From Candidatus Latescibacterota bacterium (GTDB taxonomy: Bacteria; Latescibacterota; UBA2968; UBA8231): 64,000 nucleotides of DNA. The stretch is from positions 32,001-96,000 of the forward strand of contig CBDFJF010000002.1 in NCBI GenBank assembly GCA_965248265.1, in the 5' to 3' direction. The notes below the pieces were generated by a model that saw only the letters and a list, made by a program, of their open reading frames with translations, did no database searches and had not been told where the DNA came from. Of this stretch, positions 58,458 to 64,000 are shown in pieces; positions within the stretch are counted from its first letter, which is position 1; each line of letters starts with the position of its first letter. Position numbers and translations under genes: made by a program.

Positions 58458-59582
58458 TTGAGACGGTGTGATGTCAAATGGGTCACCTACGGGATACTCC
58501 TTGTTGCTCTCGGCGTGCTCAGTTGTGACCGCGAAGAGGAAGGAGAGGGACGGCGTGGCGGTGGCAGGGGCGGAGGTTGGATGGGGCGTGGAGGCACTTC
58601 GGAAGGTCCAGCAGGAGCCTCAGTCCCCGTAAAGACTGAACTCGTCAGGCGCGAGACTATTACTAGCCACATCCAGGCCCATACTCGTCTGGAAGCCGAG
58701 ACCTGGGTCAGCGTCGTGGCCCGGGGCGAGGGCCTGGTGCAGGATCTGTTGAAGGAAGAGGGGGACGCGGTGCGCAAGGGGGATGTCCTCCTGCGACTGG
58801 AGAAGGATCAGTTGCGCCTGGTGGAGCGCCAGAGTGAGGTCGCCCTGGAACAGGCGCGAGCGGCCGAGGCACGAGTCAAGGCGCTCTACGAGAGGCAGCT
58901 CGTCAGCGACGAAGAGCGTGAGGGGGCTTCGCATCACTTGGAGACAGCGCGGGTGGCTCTCGAACAGGCGCGGCTGAATCTCAAATTCGCCGACATCCGC
59001 GCACCGCTTTCCGGCGTCGTCATGATACGCCGGGTCGAGCTCGCCGACATGGTGAGGTCCGGGGATGAAGTGTTCGCCGTCGCCGATCTGGACCCGCTCC
59101 TGGCCAGGGTGCGTGTGCCTGAAAAGGGGATGGGTCTGCTGCGATTGGGACAGATGGCGCAGATCCGTGTCGACGCGCTGGCCGGCAGGACTTTTCCGGC
59201 GCAGGTGCAGATGATCAATCCCGGGGTCGATCCCCAAAGCGGCACAGTGAAGGTGACCCTGGAGCTACTGTCCAGCGATCCGGTTTTGAAGCCCGGCATG
59301 TTCGTCAACGTCCGGATCATCACGGATGAACACGTGGACGCGCTCATTGTACCCAAAAAGGCCCTGGTCTTGGAAACGGACGAGGACGACGTCTACGTGG
59401 TCAATGAAGGCAAGGCCGAACGTCGCGTCTTGCAGCTTGGTTACGTCGACGACGAGCGAGTCGAGGTCGTGGATGGCCTCGCGTTTGGAGAGGCCGTCAT
59501 CACCATCGGGCACGAAGGGCTCAAGGATGGAACGTCCGTACGTGTGGTCGGCGCCAGCGAGCGAAGTGCTCAAAGTCGATGA
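58458..59582 (+). CDS. RND efflux periplasmic adaptor (MFP)
   Basis: EGDAVRKGDVL, IRAPLSGVV, VDPQSGTVKV, LKPGMF, VPKKAL. Confidence 0.92.
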   Translation: MRRCDVKWVTYGILLVALGVLSCDREEEGEGRRGGGRGGGWMGRGGTSEGPAGASVPVKTELVRRETITSHIQAHTRLEAETWVSVVARGEGLVQDLLKEEGDAVRKGDVLLRLEKDQLRLVERQSEVALEQARAAEARVKALYERQLVSDEEREGASHHLETARVALEQARLNLKFADIRAPLSGVVMIRRVELADMVRSGDEVFAVADLDPLLARVRVPEKGMGLLRLGQMAQIRVDALAGRTFPAQVQMINPGVDPQSGTVKVTLELLSSDPVLKPGMFVNVRIITDEHVDALIVPKKALVLETDEDDVYVVNEGKAERRVLQLGYVDDERVEVVDGLAFGEAVITIGHEGLKDGTSVRVVGASERSAQSR

Positions 59583-62500
59583 AACTCGTCGAGTTCTCGA
59601 CTCACCGGCGGGTTACCGTGGCCATGCTCATGGTCGCCGTCATTGCTTTCGGTCTGGTCGGTTTTGAGCGACTAGCGCTCAATCTACTCCCTGACATAAC
59701 CTATCCCACCATTACCATCCGCACCGAGTACGAAGGTGCGGCGCCGCAGGAAGTGGAGCGTCTTCTTTCAGAGCCGATCGAGGGCCTGGTCGGCGTCGTC
59801 AACAACGTCCTGCGCGTCAGTTCAATCTCGCGGCCCGGATTATCCGACGTGATCGTCGAGTTCGCCTGGGGCACCGATATGAACTTTGCGTCGCTGGACA
59901 TCCGTGAGAAACTCGACATCGCCCAGCTTCCGCACGACGCCGGACGACCGGTGCTGCTGCGCTTCGATCCCTCACTCGATCCCGTCATGCGGGTGGCCCT
60001 GCACGGCGGCAAGAGCTTGATGGAATTGCGGCACATCGCCGAGGAGCGTCTACGTTTCGATCTGGAGAGTCTGGCGGGAGTGGCTGCCGTGAAGGTTGAG
60101 GGTGGTCATGAAGAGGAAATTCAGGTTGAAGTAGAGACCAAGAAGCTGGCGGATCTGGGTGTTCCGATCAACCAGGTCGTCGCTCGATTGGCGGCGGAAA
60201 ACGTCAACATGACCGGTGGCCTCCTCATAGACGGCGAAGCCGAATTCATGGTCCGCACGCTCAATGAGTTTGAGGACATCGATGACATCGGTGAGATCGT
60301 CGTCGCCAGCCTCGACGGTGCCGTCATCAAACTGAGCGATGTCGGCCGGGTACGACGCGGACACCGCGAGCTCGACGTGATCACGAGGGTCGACGGCCGT
60401 GAAGCCGTGGAACTGGCCATCTTCAAGGAAGGGGATGCCAACACGGTTCGCGTTCATGAGGTCGTCGTCGAGCGGTTGGATGCCTTCCGTGAAGATTACG
60501 GCGATCTGATGAGTAGCGGTACGGCGCTCGAAGTCATCGTCGACCAGGCTACCTTCATCCAGCAGGCTGTAAACGAGGTGCTGAAGACGGCTCTCGTCGG
60601 AGGCGTTCTGGCGGTTCTCCTGCTCTACCTCTTTCTGCGCAACTTGAAGAGCACGGCGATCATCAGCCTTTCGATACCGATTTCCGTGGTCGCGACGTTC
60701 TTTCTCATGTACGCCACGGATGTGAGTCTCAACATCATGTCGCTGGGTGGATTGGCTCTAGGTGTAGGCATGCTGGTGGACAGTTCCATCGTCGTTCTCG
60801 AGAGTGTCGAGCGCCGGCGGGCGGCGGGTCTGTCGGTGCTGGAAGCAGCGCGCACGGGAGCTGGCGAGGTGGGGCGGGCCGTGGTCGCGGCGACGGTCAC
60901 GACCGTCTGCGTGTTCCTGCCGATCGTTTTCGTGGAGGGCGTCGCAGGACAGCTGTTTCGAGACCAGGCACTCACCGTCACCTATTCCCTCACCGCGTCG
61001 CTATTCGTCGCACTGATGCTGATTCCGATGCTGTCGTCATGGAGTCTTCCCCGCGTCAGAGATGAAGGTGGGGTATCTGAGAGCACGGGCGTGCGGGCAC
61101 CGGCACTGGCGCTTCGGGGCTTCATCAAGCTGCTTTCCGCGCCCCTGATTGTCCTCGGTCTGATCATCAGGCCGCTCGCCTGGGTATTCGACGCCGTGTA
61201 CGCACGCTGCTCCCGACTGTACCCGCTGTGGTTGCAACATTGTCTGCACCGGCGGGTGTACACGCTGGGCGGATTCGCGCTGTTGTCGGCGCTGATCCTT
61301 CACCAATCGCGCGACCTGGGGCTGGAACTGATACCGGAGATGAGTCAGGGCGAGTTTCTGGTGAACCTGGAATGGCCGTCCGGCCAGCCCGTGGAGCAGA
61401 CCGCCACCACCGTCGCCGGTCTCGAGGCCGACATCCTCGGCCTGCCCGCGGTAGAAACCGTTTTCAGTCTGGTCGGCGCGACCGGAGAGACCGGTGGTTA
61501 CGCCGACGAGCAGCGCGAGAACCTGGCCCAGTTGTTCGTCCGGCTCAAAGCGGATGACCAGCGAGCTGGGATGACGGAGACTGAAGTCATAGAGCACGTA
61601 AGAGAATCCTTGTCATCAGTGCCCGACCTGAAGTTCGAATTCTCCCGACTCTCATACTTCTCATTTCGCACTCCGATCGAAGTTGAGGTTGCCGGCTACG
61701 ATCTGGCGACCCTGCGCCAGCTGACCGCGTCGCTGGTCTTGCGCATGGAGCAGATTCCAGGACTCGTCGACGTGAAGTCGTCTGCTGGGAGTGGTCAGCC
61801 AGAAGTACAGGTTCTCTTTGACCGCAACCGGGTCGCTGAGCTGGGCACAAGTATTCAGGCTATCGGGGATCTGTTGCGGCAGAAGCTTCAGGGCGAGGTG
61901 TCGACTGAACTCAAGCGCAAGGATCGACGGATAGACATTCGGGTCCGTGCTGTTGAGGAAGAGCGACGGGATCTGGCCGACCTGAAGGCTCTCATCGTCA
62001 GTCCCCCACAATTCCCCACCCCCGTGCCGCTCGATGCCATCGCCGACATTGCCATCGTCGAAGGGCCTGCCGAGATCCGCCGTTTAGACCAGGAGCGTGT
62101 AGCCCTGGTGACCGCCCACCTCGCCGGCCGTGATCTGGGAAGCGCCGTAGTCGAGATCGAGGCAACAGCCGCCCGCATGCCTTTGCCGGAAGGTTTCAGG
62201 ATTTCAGTGGGAGGTCAGAATGAGGAGATGGTGCGTTCCTTCGACAGCATGAAATTTGCCATCGCCCTGGCTGTCTTTCTGGTGTACCTGGTGATGGCCT
62301 CGCAGTTCGAATCCCTGCTCCATCCATTGGTAATCATGTTTACGATTCCCTTCGGACTCGTCGGCAGCGCGCTGTTTCTCACCCTCACGGGGCAGACGGT
62401 GAGTGTCGTCGTGCTGATAGGCGCTATCATGCTGGCTGGCATCGTCGTTAACAATGCGATTGTACTGATTGACCACATCAATCAACTACGACAGACCGGC

Positions 62501-62731
62501 ATGTCCAAGCTCCAGGCTGTACAGGAGGGCGCGCAACACCGTTTCCGGCCGATTCTGATGACGACCTCGACGACGGCCCTGGCGCTGTTGCCGATGGCAC
62601 TGGGGGCTGGCGACGGAGCGGAAATCAGGGCACCCATGGCCATAACCGTCGTCGGCGGCCTGCTGGTATCGACGGCGCTGACCCTCATCGTGGTGCCGGT
62701 CGTCTACGTCTCACTGGATCGTTCGAGATGA
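59579..62731 (+). CDS. RND efflux permease (AcrB/D/F family)
   Basis: LLPDITYP, GMLVDSSIVVLES, GIVVNNAIVLID, RFRPILMT. Confidence 0.95.
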   Translation: MKLVEFSTHRRVTVAMLMVAVIAFGLVGFERLALNLLPDITYPTITIRTEYEGAAPQEVERLLSEPIEGLVGVVNNVLRVSSISRPGLSDVIVEFAWGTDMNFASLDIREKLDIAQLPHDAGRPVLLRFDPSLDPVMRVALHGGKSLMELRHIAEERLRFDLESLAGVAAVKVEGGHEEEIQVEVETKKLADLGVPINQVVARLAAENVNMTGGLLIDGEAEFMVRTLNEFEDIDDIGEIVVASLDGAVIKLSDVGRVRRGHRELDVITRVDGREAVELAIFKEGDANTVRVHEVVVERLDAFREDYGDLMSSGTALEVIVDQATFIQQAVNEVLKTALVGGVLAVLLLYLFLRNLKSTAIISLSIPISVVATFFLMYATDVSLNIMSLGGLALGVGMLVDSSIVVLESVERRRAAGLSVLEAARTGAGEVGRAVVAATVTTVCVFLPIVFVEGVAGQLFRDQALTVTYSLTASLFVALMLIPMLSSWSLPRVRDEGGVSESTGVRAPALALRGFIKLLSAPLIVLGLIIRPLAWVFDAVYARCSRLYPLWLQHCLHRRVYTLGGFALLSALILHQSRDLGLELIPEMSQGEFLVNLEWPSGQPVEQTATTVAGLEADILGLPAVETVFSLVGATGETGGYADEQRENLAQLFVRLKADDQRAGMTETEVIEHVRESLSSVPDLKFEFSRLSYFSFRTPIEVEVAGYDLATLRQLTASLVLRMEQIPGLVDVKSSAGSGQPEVQVLFDRNRVAELGTSIQAIGDLLRQKLQGEVSTELKRKDRRIDIRVRAVEEERRDLADLKALIVSPPQFPTPVPLDAIADIAIVEGPAEIRRLDQERVALVTAHLAGRDLGSAVVEIEATAARMPLPEGFRISVGGQNEEMVRSFDSMKFAIALAVFLVYLVMASQFESLLHPLVIMFTIPFGLVGSALFLTLTGQTVSVVVLIGAIMLAGIVVNNAIVLIDHINQLRQTGMSKLQAVQEGAQHRFRPILMTTSTTALALLPMALGAGDGAEIRAPMAITVVGGLLVSTALTLIVVPVVYVSLDRSR

Positions 62732-64000
62732 TACTGGCAGAATTCGCCATCCGGCGTCCGGTGACCACGGCGATGGTTACCCTGAGCACGGTAGCGCTCG
62801 GTTTCATCGCCCTGCAGCGACTCCCCGTGGAAGAGCTGCCGAGCATCACATCCTCTTCGGTGACGGTCAGCGTCAACTATCCCTCTACTGCTCCGGGGGA
62901 GATCGAACGCGACGTCACGCTGCCGTTGGAGGAAGCCCTGGCGATTCTCCCGAACATCGAACGCATCAGCGCGACGTCCTCGGCCAACGGCTCCTCGGTC
63001 AGAGTGGAATTTGTCTCCGGCACCGACATGGATGCGGCTACGGTGCAGGTGCGCGACCGCGTCGACCAGGTTCGTGGTTCGTTACCAACCGAGATAGACC
63101 GGTTGCGGATTTTCCGCTGGCAAAGCGGCGAGCGCCCCATCGTCCACGCCAGCATCGCCTGGCGGGGGCTGGGGGATCGGCTGTCCGACGTCGTCGACAA
63201 GGTGGTGGTGCCGCGCTTATTGCGTCTGGACGGCGTCGTCGATGTATCCGTGGGGGGCGTGCGCGAGAAGCAGCTCATCGTCGAGCTGGATCAGGAGCGT
63301 CTGGAGAGCCTGGATGTGTCTGCTGCTGCCCTGAGGCGACAGGTTCGCGACAACAACGTGAACGTCTCACTCGGGCGTGTCGCCGAGGGTGGACGACGCT
63401 ATCAGGTCCGAGCCGTCGGTGAATTCCAGGATGTCGACGAAATCGGCAAACTGCCCGTTGCCGGCGGTCTGCTGCGCCTCGAGGATGCAGGCAGAGTCTC
63501 TTACGACTATCCGGAAAAGACGAACTTCCGTCGTCTCAACGGCTCCGACGCGGTGACGGTCGAGGTCCACAAGTCATCGACCCAGAACGTCGTGGAGGTG
63601 GCTCGTCGTGTGCGGGAGGCGTTGAACGCCATCGAATCCGAGTACGACGGACGGCTCGACATCGAAATCATCCGTGACCGCTCACAGCGCGTGTTGACGC
63701 AGTTGAGCAATCTCACCGACACCGCCCTTATCGGTGGCATGCTCGCCATCGGCATCATCTTCCTGTTCTTGCGCAGCATCCGGAGCACGCTCGTTATCGC
63801 GGTGGCGATACCGGTTTCCGTGTTCGTCGTCTTCGTCGGGATGTACGTCGCGCGCGAGATGTTCGAGTCGTCGATCACCCTGAACATGGTGTCGATGATG
63901 GGGTTGATGCTCGCCGTGGGCATGCTGGTCGACCCGGCCGTGGTCACGCTGGAAAGCATATTTCGCCGCAGTCAGGAGCAGTCTCCAGGCAAAGAGGATC
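62728..64000 (+). CDS. Second RND efflux permease (partial, runs off window)
   Basis: ATG overlapping the previous stop; MILAEFAIRRPVTTAM...LPVEELPSIT...GMLVDPAVVTLESIFR. Absent from the ORF track because there is no stop in the window. Confidence 0.9.
   Translation, partial: MILAEFAIRRPVTTAMVTLSTVALGFIALQRLPVEELPSITSSSVTVSVNYPSTAPGEIERDVTLPLEEALAILPNIERISATSSANGSSVRVEFVSGTDMDAATVQVRDRVDQVRGSLPTEIDRLRIFRWQSGERPIVHASIAWRGLGDRLSDVVDKVVVPRLLRLDGVVDVSVGGVREKQLIVELDQERLESLDVSAAALRRQVRDNNVNVSLGRVAEGGRRYQVRAVGEFQDVDEIGKLPVAGGLLRLEDAGRVSYDYPEKTNFRRLNGSDAVTVEVHKSSTQNVVEVARRVREALNAIESEYDGRLDIEIIRDRSQRVLTQLSNLTDTALIGGMLAIGIIFLFLRSIRSTLVIAVAIPVSVFVVFVGMYVAREMFESSITLNMVSMMGLMLAVGMLVDPAVVTLESIFRRSQEQSPGKED

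Noticed and set aside
1-64000. CRISPR arrays, tRNA/rRNA genes, transposases, prophage genes
   Set aside because: No regularly spaced repeats, cloverleaf/T-loop signatures or transposase/phage motifs seen by manual reading; very short or degenerate elements could have been missed.

Overview
GC-rich bacterial chromosomal segment. The gene set and C-terminal motifs suggest an uncultured Latescibacterota/FCB-like lineage, which is an inference. About 55 CDS can be supported. The left end (1-3.3 kb) is a decayed integron-like cassette array on the minus strand, with attC sites, GNAT, APH-family and hypothetical cassettes, a deleted higB with intact higA and an orphan antitoxin; no integrase is visible. 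The rest holds metabolic and housekeeping genes (nudF-like, lsrF-like, moeA, nfuA, polB, yejABEF, hemA, ggt, ltaE), a TonB receptor, a FapA/HDOD/receiver signalling cluster and an RND efflux operon running off the right end. The main findings are: (1) two genes cut short in the ORF track by an in-frame UGA and followed by SECIS-like hairpins, a CUAEP-tail radical SAM enzyme beside ATP-grasp/MATE/NfuA genes and a DUF3179 protein with a tandem Cys paralog next to arsS; (2) a ~245-nt, highly structured, promoter-driven RNA at 34.51-34.76 kb carrying a 15-nt 16S-tail-complementary Shine-Dalgarno sequestered around a 12-codon mini-ORF; (3) a shared C-terminal 'T(A/S)(I/V)xxxSWGxIK' motif on two unrelated exported proteins. 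All calls are from manual reading; no database searches were run.
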